The position numbers were made by a program, and so were the translations under genes. The notes under the pieces were generated by a model. The model saw only the letters and a program-made list of their open reading frames with translations. It did not search any database and was not told where the DNA came from. Below are positions 1 to 11,133 of a stretch of 64,000 bases of DNA, in pieces; position 1 is the stretch's first letter, and every line of letters begins with the position of its first letter. Location: assembly GCA_019828565.1 (NCBI GenBank), contig JAHDYR010000012.1:1233680-1297679 (forward strand), read 5' to 3'. This DNA comes from Carpediemonas membranifera BICM. Taxonomy: Eukaryota > Protista > Fornicata.

Positions 1-617
1 ATAAGAGCGCCAGCGAGAACATCCTTTGGTGCACCTACGATGCAACTTCAGATCAGATAGAGCAATCTCCTTTCCACTACGACTCCCAGAGAGGTGCTCT
101 TCCTCGCTATCATTAACTTGCCAAGTTGAGCAAGCACGCGCTGCAGCGTGCGTGATATGCTGCGCACGATTGATAGAGTATGATGAACCACACTGCGATC
201 CTGATGCTGCTTGGATCACTGTGTGTTTTGGACTCAAGTATTCTAATCCTGCGCAGCATATCGATGTGCTATTAAGCGCACGCCAGACACACCCTAAGGG
301 ACAGTTATCGAATGTACCAGGACCGCTGACACCATCTCACTGGAATCCTTGGTGATCAGTGTCAAGATGCTGTTCGACTGGATCATTCCCTTCTAGTCGG
401 GCCTGACAATGCAGGAGGCGCTACCTGAGCCTGCAGTGGTTGGTTCTTTGAGTGTATACAGTGTCTGATCAATCTGCCGAGGCTCTGCTGACTGATGACC
501 GTGTGCGGGTCAGCTCCCGAAATAAATGGGCCTCTTAGACCCTCAATAAACGTGGAAGAAACATCATACCGGGCTCGCAGTGTGTCTCTTGTCTTGTCCA
601 TTCGGCCCTGACCAAGG

Positions 618-2183
618 CCAACCTGACATCATCACCAAGCCTGCTTTACCAATGCTACCCGCGCCCCGCCCCGTCGCCGTCCTCGCTGTCCGTGGCCAGG
701 TCGAGCTCGAGAAGGGCCCCATCTCCTGTGTCGGGCCGGACGAGCCTCAGGCGGTACTCGCCCGCAGGCCCGGGCTCAGCGGGTTGGGCCGCCTGCCGGG
801 GGATGGTGGCTCTCAGCCTCGCGCCCAGCACGAGCAGGGCCTCTTGTAGGCTGTCGCTGCGAAACGCCAGCGCGGTGTTCTCCTTGAAGAGCGCCGTCCA
901 CGGCACGAGCGGCCTCTCATCCGGCTTGGCCGGGGGCGTCTTAGCGAGCTGGACGTCGAGGGGCGCGCTGTCCGGCACGAAGACGCAGGAAAGCGCAATG
1001 TCATCGTCGTGGAAGCGCTTCCCGGCCCCGCTCCCCGGCCTCTTCCGCTTGGCCGCCTCGCCTCGGACCCGTTCGCGCTTCTCGTCCAGCCCGGCCTGGA
1101 TCCCCTGGGCCGCCTGCCACAGCAACCGGTTCTCCTGCGCCAGCGTCCGAACGAACTCCCTGTGGAAGACCTGTCGCTCGCCCGCGGTCATCGCCACGTC
1201 ATTCTCGGGCCGCATCCTCTCGCCGATACCGCGCTCGTCCGGGTCGACCGGGGCCAGCGGCTCCCCGCGGAGGACGGCGTCGAACGCCTCCACCTGGCCC
1301 TGCAGCCGCTGGTTCCTGATGTGCCGCGTGTAGTTAGTCTCCCGCAGCTCGGCCGTCTCGCCCGTGACCGGCACGACCCGGAAGGCCGGCGCTGCGTTGA
1401 CGGGTGCGTCGGCCCGCTGGGGCGCGGGCTCCAAGACCTCGTTGACCGGGGCGCCCAGGGCCTGCCTGACGCGGGCCTCGGCGCGTGCGATGCACCCCTC
1501 GAGACGGCGGGTCTCAACTTGGACGACGCTGATCTCCGCGGCGAGGATCCGCTGCTTCGCATTCTTCCTGGCGTTCTGCATCCTGGTCATCTGCGACCTC
1601 GAGTGCGCCTCTACGGGCACCACGGGGATGGCTGCGAACTCCAGTCGCGTCGGCAGGGTCCTTTCGAAGGCCGTGGGCGCCACGGGGTCTTGCAGCAGAC
1701 CGAACTCGGCGAGGAGCGCCTGGACCTCCAGGAAGCCCTGCAGCCGGCCCTGCAGCCGCGCGCACTCCTTCACGGCGGTGAGCTTCCTCGCGATGAGGAT
1801 CTTGACGCCGGGGAAGCCTCCTGGGGGCGGTCGCGCGTGGTCTGTATCGTCTTGCTCGGTGCTGTTGCCCTCGCTCGAGCTTGCGCTCTCTTCGCGCTCC
1901 GTCCTGTCGCTGTCTGCGGAATCCGCCGCGCTGCTGTTCTCCGAGTCCTCGCGCTGTGCGGCGTCGGATACGATTGCTTCGTTGCCGTTGTTCACGGCGC
2001 TCAAAACGCGAAACATGGGGTGCATTCAACCGGTCAAGACCGTGCACTGGTTCTGAATCTCGGGCGTCACGTTATAGGCGCGGATTAGTCGTCACATTCT
2101 TCGCGATGCTCTGCAAGAATTTAAGGTCCCTCCCCCACCGTAAATCCTGCCCCAACCCCGCCACCTGTGACAACCAGTTTACC
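618..2183 (-). repeat. Copy 1 of 1566-bp duplicated cassette (inverted relative to 19954-21519)
   Basis: Reverse complement matches 19954-21519 from GGTAAACTGG to TCAGGTTGG; only one difference noticed (synonymous GCT/GCC). Confidence 0.95.
655..2025 (-). CDS. Orphan 456-aa protein (acidic N-terminus, repeated coiled-coil-like segments, KRKRP NLS-like motif)
   Basis: ATG-initiated ORF fills the cassette and encodes the same protein in both copies; no recognisable domain. Confidence 0.7.
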   Translation of the reverse strand: MHPMFRVLSAVNNGNEAIVSDAAQREDSENSSAADSADSDRTEREESASSSEGNSTEQDDTDHARPPPGGFPGVKILIARKLTAVKECARLQGRLQGFLEVQALLAEFGLLQDPVAPTAFERTLPTRLEFAAIPVVPVEAHSRSQMTRMQNARKNAKQRILAAEISVVQVETRRLEGCIARAEARVRQALGAPVNEVLEPAPQRADAPVNAAPAFRVVPVTGETAELRETNYTRHIRNQRLQGQVEAFDAVLRGEPLAPVDPDERGIGERMRPENDVAMTAGERQVFHREFVRTLAQENRLLWQAAQGIQAGLDEKRERVRGEAAKRKRPGSGAGKRFHDDDIALSCVFVPDSAPLDVQLAKTPPAKPDERPLVPWTALFKENTALAFRSDSLQEALLVLGARLRATIPRQAAQPAEPGPAGEYRLRLVRPDTGDGALLELDLATDSEDGDGAGRG

Positions 2184-2191
2184 AACACAAT

Positions 2192-3796
2192 TTACCCGAG
2201 GCCCATGCCCTTGGCCATCTTCATCATGGCGCCCATGTCCATGCCCCCCATGCCGGGCATCCCACCCATGCCCCCCATCTGGGACATCATCCGCTCCATG
2301 TTGGCCATACCCGCAGGCCCACCCATCTGCCGCATCATCTGCTGCATCTGCGCGCCCATCGCGCCGCCCCCCCGGCCGAGGCCGCCCATCATGGAGCTCA
2401 TCATCTTCTCCATGTCGCGGGGGTTCATGTTGCCGAGCTTGCCGGGGTTGAGGCCGCCCTTGCCCAGCCCCTTGCCCATCATCGAGAACAGGTTCGCCAT
2501 CTTCTTCAGCTGGGCGAAGAGCAGCTTGATCTCCTCAAGGGGTACGCCGCTTCCCATCGCGATGCGGCGCAGGCGGGACTCGTCGTTGATCTTGGCCGAG
2601 TCCAGCTCGCCGGGAGTCATCGAGTCGAACACGTACTGAACCTTGCGGAGCCGCCCCATGCCGTCCTGCCCGTCGAGGTCGAGCTGGCCGAGTCCCCCCA
2701 TCCCCGGGAGGTGCTTGAGGAAATCGGTAATGCTGCCGCCGTCGAGCATGGAATCCATCATTCGGAGCTGCTCCTGGATATCCCTGAATGACGTCTCGCC
2801 CTTGAGCATGTGCGTCACCACCTCGACAGACTTCTCGGAGTCGAGACCGGCGTTCTTCATCTTGTTAATAAGCCCGCCGATGTCGCCCATGCCGAGCATG
2901 CGGGAGACGAAGCTCTCGGGGTTGAACTCCTGCATGTCGTTCATCGTCTCACCGACACCGATGAAGGCGATGGGCGCCCCAGTGGACACAACGGACGTGA
3001 GCGCACCGCCGCCCTTCGTGTCGTCCGAGTCGAGCTTCGTGATCACGTGCGACCCGACGCCGACGATGGAGTGGAACTGCTCGGACTGGAGCGCGATGAT
3101 CTTACCGCTGTTTGTACCGTCCATAATAAACATGATATGGTCGGGGTTGGCCGCTTCCTTCACCGCTGCCATCTCAGCCATGAGCGCCTCATCCTGCTGG
3201 GTGCGGCCGGACGTATCGACGATGACCACCTCGTACCCGGCCTCCCGGAACCGGGCTACACCCTCCCGGGCAACCTGGGCAGGGTCATCGACGTCACTGG
3301 TGAAGCATGGCGCGGGTACTGTACTCGCGAGCTGGGCAAGCTGGTCCCTGGCGCCAGCACGGAATGTGTCAGCGCCGATGAGGGCGACGCGGAAGCCCTT
3401 CTTCTTGTAGTGGCGGGCAATCTTACCGCACGTGGTGGTCTTACCAGAACCCTGCAGACCAACCATCATGATGACGTTGAACTTGTTGCGCTTCGGCTTA
3501 AATGTGGGGACCTTCTCGCCGTCGACAGTGGGAGTCATCATCGCGACGAGCTCCTCAAACACCGCCTGCTGGATCATTACGCGGACGTCAACAGAGGGGG
3601 CAATTTCTTTGAGGTTCACACGTTTCCTAACGCGGTCACGGAACTTGTTGACAACGGCAATTGGGACATCGGCGATGATGAGAGCCTTCGAAAGGTCCTT
3701 GATCACTTCATCCAGAACTTCAGCTGTCACTGAGTTTGAATCTACAATCTTCTTCAAAGCAGCACCAACCTGCTGGCCAAGAGCTGCTAAAACCAT
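2192..3796 (-). CDS. SRP54: Signal recognition particle 54 kDa protein
   Basis: MVLAALG start, GLQGSGKTTT P-loop, DTFRAGA, DTSGR, TKLD, KGGGAL, RRIAMGSG and Met/Gly-rich M domain. Confidence 0.97.
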   Translation of the reverse strand: MVLAALGQQVGAALKKIVDSNSVTAEVLDEVIKDLSKALIIADVPIAVVNKFRDRVRKRVNLKEIAPSVDVRVMIQQAVFEELVAMMTPTVDGEKVPTFKPKRNKFNVIMMVGLQGSGKTTTCGKIARHYKKKGFRVALIGADTFRAGARDQLAQLASTVPAPCFTSDVDDPAQVAREGVARFREAGYEVVIVDTSGRTQQDEALMAEMAAVKEAANPDHIMFIMDGTNSGKIIALQSEQFHSIVGVGSHVITKLDSDDTKGGGALTSVVSTGAPIAFIGVGETMNDMQEFNPESFVSRMLGMGDIGGLINKMKNAGLDSEKSVEVVTHMLKGETSFRDIQEQLRMMDSMLDGGSITDFLKHLPGMGGLGQLDLDGQDGMGRLRKVQYVFDSMTPGELDSAKINDESRLRRIAMGSGVPLEEIKLLFAQLKKMANLFSMMGKGLGKGGLNPGKLGNMNPRDMEKMMSSMMGGLGRGGGAMGAQMQQMMRQMGGPAGMANMERMMSQMGGMGGMPGMGGMDMGAMMKMAKGMGLG

Positions 3797-3992
3797 GGTG
3801 AATGCCCTGTCTTGTGATTTCAGTGCCTAAAATGCACAGGATAAACACAGACGTATGATTGGAGTGAAGGCATGGCTGACTCCAATAGTACTTCTTAGAG
3901 TCCAAACATCCTAGTATCGCCCCAAAAGAGACGTGTGCATTTTAGCCACCATCATGATAGACGAGCCAGGACAAAAGGCCGCCAAACAGAAT

Positions 3993-5850
3993 ATGCCCAA
4001 GAACTACTTCGCCCGTCAAGTGCAGACGGTGCCCATTGAACTATTCAATGCTAAACGGAGCGATAAGTCCAACCAATCCATCCCTACCATCAATGCGTGG
4101 AAAATTCACCCCGTGACTGCCAAGCGGACACTGAAACCGACGTGGGACTCCAGCTTGACACGTTCAGTGCTTTCGTTGCGTGGCACGACATACATCCAGC
4201 TCCCAGACAAGGATCCCGATCGCCGTTTGTCAATCCCCACAAACTAACCCAGTTGGTCTCACCCAGGGCTTCCTATGCCTCCAGATGTTCTCCCCGGTCG
4301 GCACTAAGTTCAGCCTGCAGCTAAATATCACCGACAACACGAACACTCCACGCCGGCTCCACCTGTCAACCGCGATCCAGCACATCCCGTCAGACATCTC
4401 GCTCAACGGCCAGGCACCCCTCAACATAGGGCAGGGTGCATGGCTCAACTTCGTAGTGGATATCCCATCATTCTGCCAGGGTGTGTTCCGAACGGGGTTC
4501 AGCTCCCTTGACCGCATCCAGGTCCACGCCAACTGCGACCTGGCTAGGGCCCTCACACTCCCGAGGCCCCCGGTCCACAACCTCCCTGTGGATGCCTACT
4601 CCTCGGCCGTGGCGTATGAGATGGCCGACGAGACGGCGATCCCGCGGACGATGCAGCTTCCCCCGTCAGTCGGCAGGTTCACTCAGATATACACCTTCGA
4701 TGATGCGGCCGGCCTGGTATCCGCCCTGGAGGACCAACGGCATGGCGCGGAGATGCCTCCGCCCCGCCCCGAGCCCCGTCGCCGCGGCTACGACGCCCTA
4801 CCTGAAGTCCCCTCGGAGTCCCCATCTCCCGAGACGTCGCGGATCTCAGCATCCCCTTCGCCGTCCCCCGTGGTGCCGAGGACGACCCAGCAGGGGACGC
4901 GCCCCCATCCCCACAGCGCGGGGTCTGGCCCACCCCGGTCACAGATCCCGCGGCCCTCAGCCATCCCACGGCCACGGTCGACTCGGCCCATGGGCGGGAC
5001 TAAGCCCGCTCTGTCCAGGGAACTGATGCAGCCCAAGCCCAAGCCGCGGCCGGCGCCAGGGATCGCGGCGCGGTCGGCCAAGCCCCCGTCGCAGAGCCCC
5101 GGCAGGGCGGTTGATCCGGTGGGGCTCGGGTGGGAGTCGACTCCGCAGCCTAGGGTCAGCCGGCCCGTCAGTGGGCGGCCTCGTGCCACGGCGGAGGAGA
5201 CTGAGGTCAGTATGGTCGACATCAGCGCGGAAAACGGGATGATTGAGCGCGACCTCACGTACGGTGATGACCGCGATGACACGTTTGAGAGCCATATCGA
5301 GATGGATGAGGCAGATGACGAACCCGAGCCCCGTGGAACCCGGGACGAGCTCCTTGAGTCGTCGGGCCTCGACCTCGACGAGCAGCGGCTGATCGTTGCT
5401 CAGCTGGAGCGGGAACTCGCAGCCTTCGCGACACCCGACTCCCGCGGGACCGAGCAGGCAACGAGGCCGGCAGACCCGGACGGGTTTGACGACAGTCTGG
5501 GCATTGAAAGGGACAGCGGCCTTGTCGACGACGATGATACTGGCCTGGCGGATGACCTTTCCGGCATCGCGCTGGAAGAGGTCGATGACGTGGTCGACCC
5601 AAGGGCCAAGCCGACCGCCCAAGTCTCACTGGGGTTCGATAGCGACCCTGCCGACCTGCCCGCCCCCATCCGGTCTGACAGCCCCGCCCGGGATCACGAC
5701 GACGAGGAAGAGGATGCACCGCTGCAGTCACGGCTGGCGGGGTTGCCTGCGAGGTCTGAGATGGTGAGTCGGGACGACGACCTGGTGTACCTCTCGGACC
5801 AGGAGGCGTGGTACAACCCGGAGACGGGCGAGTTCTTCGATGCCCGGTGA
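3993..5850 (+). CDS. CFAP20-domain protein (CFAP20DC/C3orf67-like), two exons 3993-4224 and 4253-5850
   Basis: Splicing gives IQLPDKDPDRLGLTQGFLCLQ...RRLHLST...SLDRIQVHANC; C-terminal WYNPETGEFF resembles the C3orf67 C-terminus. Confidence 0.8.
4225..4252 (+). other. 28-nt spliceosomal intron
   Basis: GTTTGT...ACTAACCCAG; removal joins the 3933-frame and 4180-frame ORFs in frame. Confidence 0.85.
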
Positions 5851-5930
5851 ACTTGTTATATGCACTAAATTATCGGCACAACTGGCGAGATCCGACATTA
5901 CGAATAAATGGAGTAGCGACGATACATGTG

Positions 5931-6092
5931 CTCAACGGAGACCCAACAACCGCTGTCAATACCATATTCCATGCGCAGCGCGCGCGAGAGCTGCCATCCA
6001 GGCAATCATGGGCCCCATTCGCAATTCTTGAACACTGCCCGATGACTGCCCTGCGCAGCTTACTCTCAGCCTGCACAACACGCAACACAAGC
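5931..6092 (+). repeat. ~160-bp inverted repeat arm A (partner 12249-12413)
   Basis: Near-identical to the reverse complement of 12249-12413, with a few substitutions and small indels. Confidence 0.93.
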
Positions 6093-6409
6093 TGAAGCGG
6101 AACTTCCTCCGACGGCCCACAGCCCGGTGCGCCACAGCCACTCGATGTAAAGAGAATATCTGTCAGCCAAGAGCGGACCAAATTCCCAGAGCTGTGTGTG
6201 GGCTGGTCCAGGGCGTCGAGCAGACCCAATTGAGCGCCAATGTTAACTATGATGCAGGATTCGATTCGATATGATCAGATCCGCGTAAGACTCATGAAGA
6301 AATCTCGGGCAGTTTCCGTCGTCCTTACGCGAACTTTCTCGAAAGTTGTTTTAACACGCTATACAAAGCCTTATTCAGCAATGTTTGACTTCACTGGACA
6401 GGTTGTTGC

Positions 6410-6498
6410 TGTAATACGGCCTCTGTTGTTGGGAACGTTTATCCTTAAAATCTCCACTAAACTCTTGCGAGTCAAACCTGACAAAACCCTCAGCTACA
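6410..6498 (-). repeat. 3' LTR (89 bp)
   Basis: TGTAATACGG...CAGCTACA on + strand, identical to 10739-10827. Confidence 0.95.
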
Positions 6499-9400
6499 TC
6501 CCGCTCTCCATGGCATGACTCGCTAAGTAGTCATCGAGCGCCTTGAGCTTCGCAACAACCACATAGGGCTGCCAGTCCTCGCTGCCATCGGCCCATTCGA
6601 CTAGGAACTCCTGCTCACCATTGTCTGTCACGTGCGTGTCCTTAATGCGCGACACCAGGATCTCCATCATGTCTCGTCCGTTCATCGTCATCAGTTTCTC
6701 GCGCGTCCAACCGGTAGCGTCAAATTTGCGCACACGGTCGAAGTGGACGCGCGTCGTTATGTCCTCATCCGGTCTACGTGCCGTGACTCCATAGTCATGC
6801 ACCTGTACGACCTCATACGGTCCTTCCCATGTTGGCAGCAGCTTAGCTGCCCGTACACCTGGCAAGACCAGCACCCAGTCCCCGATCTCGACGCGTGGGC
6901 TGGTCCTGTCCGCCTGGCGTGCGCCCCTTCTCCTCAGGGTCTCGCGTTGCACCAGAACCGCGTCGTCGCGTGCTCGTCTCAAGTACTCCTCCTGCTCATC
7001 GCCTAGGTCCTGATCCTGGACCTCGATCGCCGTGGTCGGCTCTCGGCGTGGGAGTCCCGCGTGTGGCTCCGGCCCCATCAGGCCGTACACCAGCCGTGCC
7101 GCCGTCGTCCCCGTCGCCTCGGAGTACTCCGTGTTGAGCTGCCGCTGAACGAGGGGGATGAACTTGTCCCACTGCTCAGCCTCGCCCCACTCCAGGACCA
7201 TCGCCCGAAGTCTCTGCAGTATCCGTCTGTTCGCTCGCTCGCACCCACCGTTCGACGGTGGATGGTAGGGGAACGTCTTCGACTGTCCCGTCCCGAACCT
7301 CGCGACCAGAGCTGCGATCGTCTCGTTGATGAACTCACGCCCGTTGTCAGAGTGCAGGGTCGTCATCGGCCCATGGTTTCCGATCCAGCGCGTTATGGCG
7401 TCGGCCGCGGACGCGGCTGACTTGTCCACCGAGGGGTAGATCTCGACGTATCTCGTGAATACGTCAATTACCGTGACTACATACTGAGCGCCGCTTTCGG
7501 CCTCTGGGGTGATCTTCAGCGTATCGATCGCGACTTTCTGGAACGGAGTCTCCACCATGTGAGTCCCCATCCTCAGTTGCAGTTGATCCACCGATGCGAG
7601 CTTCTGGCATGAGCAGTGGTCCACGAACGACTTCACGTCCTCCCACATGCCGCGCCACACGTAGCCCTTCTCCTTCAGCGCCCTATACGTGCTGTACCGT
7701 CCCAGATGCTGTGCCATGCCCTTGTGCGCCCTGGTCACCGCCTCGCTCTTGCGCTCCTCGGTCATCTCGCCTGTAGCGAGCTGCCTCTCCCGGTCTCGCG
7801 CCTCCGCGGCGTCCTGCGTGAAGTCGGCCCTCTCCTCGGGGTCGTCGGCCTCGTCCGGGTCATCGTCCTCTTCCTCCGCGCTGGTGTCCTCCTCGCTATC
7901 CGCAATCTGCACGAAGTCGTCGTCTCCAAGCCTGTTGGGTCTGCGCGTGTGCCTCCTCGGCCTCGTCGCTGCCGCCTTCGCCTCTGGGAGGTTCCTTGAC
8001 AGCGTGTCTGCGACCACGTTCGACTGACCCGGGAGGTGAATCACGTGGAAGTCGAACTCCTGCAATGCCAGTCTCCAGCGCAGCACTTTGGCCGACGCTG
8101 TCTTCTGCTCCATGTACGTGAGATTCTTATGGTCCGTCTCGATGGTGAACGTGTATCCCTGCAGATACATACGCCACTTCCGGATACACTCGACGATGGC
8201 GAATGCCTCCTTCTCACCGGTGGTCCACCTCTTCTCCGCCCCGTGGAACGCACGACTGTACACCGCGACGACGGCCTCTTGACCGTCCTGAGTCCGGTTG
8301 CATAGCATACCCCCGAGCCCGACGTCCGATGCGTCAGTCCGGAGGATCAGGTCCTCGTTATAGTCGATGTGGTTGAGCTTGATGTGGGCTTTGACCCCGC
8401 GCTGCACGTTCACGAACGCTTCCTCAAGCTCGGGCGACCATGTCACCTTCGCCTGCGTCAGTGTGTCATTCAGCGGTGCCAGATGCTCCCCCAGCTTCGG
8501 ACAGAACCGTCGGAACCATCCCACCATCCCGATGAAGCGGCGCATCTCCTTCCTAGTCGTCGGGCGCGGCATGTCCATGATGGCCTGCACCCTGTCATCA
8601 CCGAGTCTGATGCCGTCCTTGTCCACGATGTGGCCGAGAAACTCGACTGAGTCCCGGGCGAAGTCGCACTTCGCCGCGTTCAGCCTGAGGTTGTACTCTG
8701 CACACCGCTTCAGCACTGCCTCTAGCCGTGCCATCAACTCCTCGCGTGACCTTCCCATGACCAGAACGTCGTCCATATATATGATGACTCCTGATATTCC
8801 TTCAAAGACAGACTCCATGGCCTGCTGGAAAAATGAAGGCGCGTTCTTGAGCCCAAAGGGCAGTCTGTTGAACTCGTACAGACCCCCTGGCGTGACGAAC
8901 GCCGTCTTGTGCCGGTCCTCTTCCACGACCAGCACCTGGTTGTAACCTGACCTGAGGTCGAGCGATGCGAAGCAGGTCGCCCCGCCCAGCTCCATTAGCA
9001 CTCTCTGTACGTCGCGCACCGGCGCTGCAAGTGTCCGCGTGACTTCGTTAAGCCTACGGTAATCCACGCACAGCCTCCACGACCGGTCTTTCTTGCGTAC
9101 CAGCACGATCGGCGACGCGAAGCTTGACTTTGACCGACGTATCACACCGGCCCTCAGCCACTCCTCGACCTGTTTGTTGGCCACCTCCTCGAGCGCAGGT
9201 GCCAGCTGGCGCACCGGCTGCCTCACTGCCTTCTCATCGATGAGGGTGACGGGGTATGCCGGCAGCCTCGCCGGCGTCTCGTCTAGCGGGGCAAATACCC
9301 CGGTGAACCGATCTAAGAGTGCGGCGACGTCCGGTGCCGATCGTTCTCTCAGGTCGCTCCACGCCGTGGCCTCCTCGGCCCGTATGAGGTCGTCGACCTC

Positions 9401-10729
9401 CTGGGCCGCCAGGTCATCCTGGGCCTCTCCTTCCTCCTCCTGATCGGTCGGGCTCAGGCCCAGCGCGCGTATTGTCCCAAATGGGATCAACACGTTCTTC
9501 ATCCCGGGGACTGCGTATATCTTGACCGGCACCGTCACGGACAGGCCCACTCCTGATCTCTTCCGCGTCCGCACCCAGCCCTCTGCTGCAGCTACGGCCT
9601 CTACTTGACCGCCCACCCCGTGTATCGGGCCGATGTCTACCTCGGCCTCCGTCCATCCGGCGTGTACGCGCTCTGCGAGCCACGCGGGGCTGGCTAGAGC
9701 GACGTTGGCTCTCGTGTCGAGTCCGACTCTGAAACGGACGCCCGTCTTGGTCGGCTTTGCCACAAACTCGAGCGTTCCGCCCCATAAATCCTGTTTAGAG
9801 CCCTCCGCCTCCTTGGCCTCCTTGAGGTGACGCGGATGACCCTGCGGGGGGTTGCCTCGTCTGAGGCGTCCATACTTGCCGGTCTTGGTGTCATACTCTC
9901 GGTACCAGCCTGCTTTCAGGTCTTGGTCCTTCGTCACGCAACCGTGCGTCTTGTGGCCCTTCTGACCACACGCGAAGCAGCGGACCGTCACCTCCTTGGC
10001 TCCTTCCTCGACTGCCGGCTGCGGGCGGCTGCTGGAGTCGCCTCGACCCGTGTCCGACTTCTGACGAGTTGCGACGCGTTGCACGAGCCCGGTCCGCAGG
10101 GCCCTTGCGACCGCTGCATCCGCCTCATGGGCCCACTTTGCGGCCTCTGTGACGGCCTCGTCCAGCGTAGAGAGGTCCATCCTGCGCATATCGTCTTGCA
10201 GAGCGTCGCATGCCATGAGCTTGCGAAATGTCTTGATAAGGTCCTTCTCGCGCGGTCGGACCTCGTCCTGGACCACCGAGAGTATCTCCCTCATCCTGGA
10301 GCTGACTGCGGCCACGTGATCCTCGAGGTGATCTCCGCGCTTCGCTGAGATCCCGCTCAGTTCAGCCAAAACGGCTGCTGCGTCCTCATGTGCCACTAGC
10401 TTGAGGAGCGCCTTGCGCACCTCCTCGTCCTTGTCACCGTCCATTGCGACGAACCTGCTGGTTAGCTCCTGGCGCACTGCGTACACCAGGGGAGCCAGGC
10501 CTCGCTGGCCTCCAGCCGCCTGGTAGGCCTTAAACTTGGTTAGGAACGTAGTTACGCTCTTCCTCTTCAAGTCCTTCAACAGTGGGGCCTCCTGGAGGCT
10601 CGTCTCTACCGTCGTTGGTCCCTTTGCCGCCTCGTTGGCGAGCAGGAGCTTCGCTATGGCTTCTTGTTGGTTCTGAATAACAGCCAGTAGGTCCTTGACC
10701 GTCGGTTGTTCTTGTTCGTCCCTTTCCAT
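6494..10729 (-). CDS. Gag-Pol polyprotein: Zn knuckle, protease, RT, RNase H, integrase, chromodomain
   Basis: CFACGQKGHKTHGC, LDTRA, LCVDYRRLN, YMDD, TDASDVG, SDNGREF, WEGPY, EFLVEWADG..DWQP; first ATG at 10729 (frame open to 10813). Confidence 0.95.
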   Translation of the reverse strand: MERDEQEQPTVKDLLAVIQNQQEAIAKLLLANEAAKGPTTVETSLQEAPLLKDLKRKSVTTFLTKFKAYQAAGGQRGLAPLVYAVRQELTSRFVAMDGDKDEEVRKALLKLVAHEDAAAVLAELSGISAKRGDHLEDHVAAVSSRMREILSVVQDEVRPREKDLIKTFRKLMACDALQDDMRRMDLSTLDEAVTEAAKWAHEADAAVARALRTGLVQRVATRQKSDTGRGDSSSRPQPAVEEGAKEVTVRCFACGQKGHKTHGCVTKDQDLKAGWYREYDTKTGKYGRLRRGNPPQGHPRHLKEAKEAEGSKQDLWGGTLEFVAKPTKTGVRFRVGLDTRANVALASPAWLAERVHAGWTEAEVDIGPIHGVGGQVEAVAAAEGWVRTRKRSGVGLSVTVPVKIYAVPGMKNVLIPFGTIRALGLSPTDQEEEGEAQDDLAAQEVDDLIRAEEATAWSDLRERSAPDVAALLDRFTGVFAPLDETPARLPAYPVTLIDEKAVRQPVRQLAPALEEVANKQVEEWLRAGVIRRSKSSFASPIVLVRKKDRSWRLCVDYRRLNEVTRTLAAPVRDVQRVLMELGGATCFASLDLRSGYNQVLVVEEDRHKTAFVTPGGLYEFNRLPFGLKNAPSFFQQAMESVFEGISGVIIYMDDVLVMGRSREELMARLEAVLKRCAEYNLRLNAAKCDFARDSVEFLGHIVDKDGIRLGDDRVQAIMDMPRPTTRKEMRRFIGMVGWFRRFCPKLGEHLAPLNDTLTQAKVTWSPELEEAFVNVQRGVKAHIKLNHIDYNEDLILRTDASDVGLGGMLCNRTQDGQEAVVAVYSRAFHGAEKRWTTGEKEAFAIVECIRKWRMYLQGYTFTIETDHKNLTYMEQKTASAKVLRWRLALQEFDFHVIHLPGQSNVVADTLSRNLPEAKAAATRPRRHTRRPNRLGDDDFVQIADSEEDTSAEEEDDDPDEADDPEERADFTQDAAEARDRERQLATGEMTEERKSEAVTRAHKGMAQHLGRYSTYRALKEKGYVWRGMWEDVKSFVDHCSCQKLASVDQLQLRMGTHMVETPFQKVAIDTLKITPEAESGAQYVVTVIDVFTRYVEIYPSVDKSAASAADAITRWIGNHGPMTTLHSDNGREFINETIAALVARFGTGQSKTFPYHPPSNGGCERANRRILQRLRAMVLEWGEAEQWDKFIPLVQRQLNTEYSEATGTTAARLVYGLMGPEPHAGLPRREPTTAIEVQDQDLGDEQEEYLRRARDDAVLVQRETLRRRGARQADRTSPRVEIGDWVLVLPGVRAAKLLPTWEGPYEVVQVHDYGVTARRPDEDITTRVHFDRVRKFDATGWTREKLMTMNGRDMMEILVSRIKDTHVTDNGEQEFLVEWADGSEDWQPYVVVAKLKALDDYLASHAMESGM

Positions 10730-10738
10730 TGAATTCAA

Positions 10739-10827
10739 TGTAATACGGCCTCTGTTGTTGGGAACGTTTATCCTTAAAATCTCCACTAAACTCTTGCGAG
10801 TCAAACCTGACAAAACCCTCAGCTACA
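10739..10827 (-). repeat. 5' LTR (89 bp)
   Basis: Identical to 6410-6498. Confidence 0.95.
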
Positions 10828-11133
10828 TTGCTGTAACTGGTTGCTCTTCTGGCCTTGGCTGCCAAATGGTCAAGGGCTTCGCCAAGCAGGGTGCCTCTCG
10901 TATCGTTCTCCTCGCTCGTCGCGTTGAGAAGCTCGAGGAGCTTGCCAAGTACCTCAAAGAGTATGGCACCGAGACCATGTGCATCAAGTGCGACGGTACC
11001 AGCTCAGAGTCCGTCAGCGCCGCCGCCAAGGCCGTTGAGGAAAAGTGGACCAAGGTCGACGTTCTCGTCAACAACGCGGGCAACGCCCACAACGCCGGTG
11101 TCCTCGACATGACGGACGAGCAGTGGGACTTCA

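Larger units (their letters stand above)
6410..10827 (-). mobile_element. Full-length Ty3/gypsy chromovirus LTR retrotransposon, 4418 bp
   Basis: Identical 89-bp TG..CA LTRs; 4-bp TSD TTGC (6406-6409, 10828-10831); PPT GGAGAGCGGGA at 6499-6509; single gag-pol ORF. Confidence 0.96.

Noticed and set aside
1-617. Short ORFs at the window start
   Set aside because: No recognisable motifs and truncated context.
5808-6095. Small ORFs shared with 12221-12406
   Set aside because: Translations of the non-coding inverted repeat; starts and ends differ between copies.
6406-6414. Apparent 9-bp TSD TTGCTGTAA
   Set aside because: TGTAA is present in both LTRs, so the TSD is the 4-bp TTGC.
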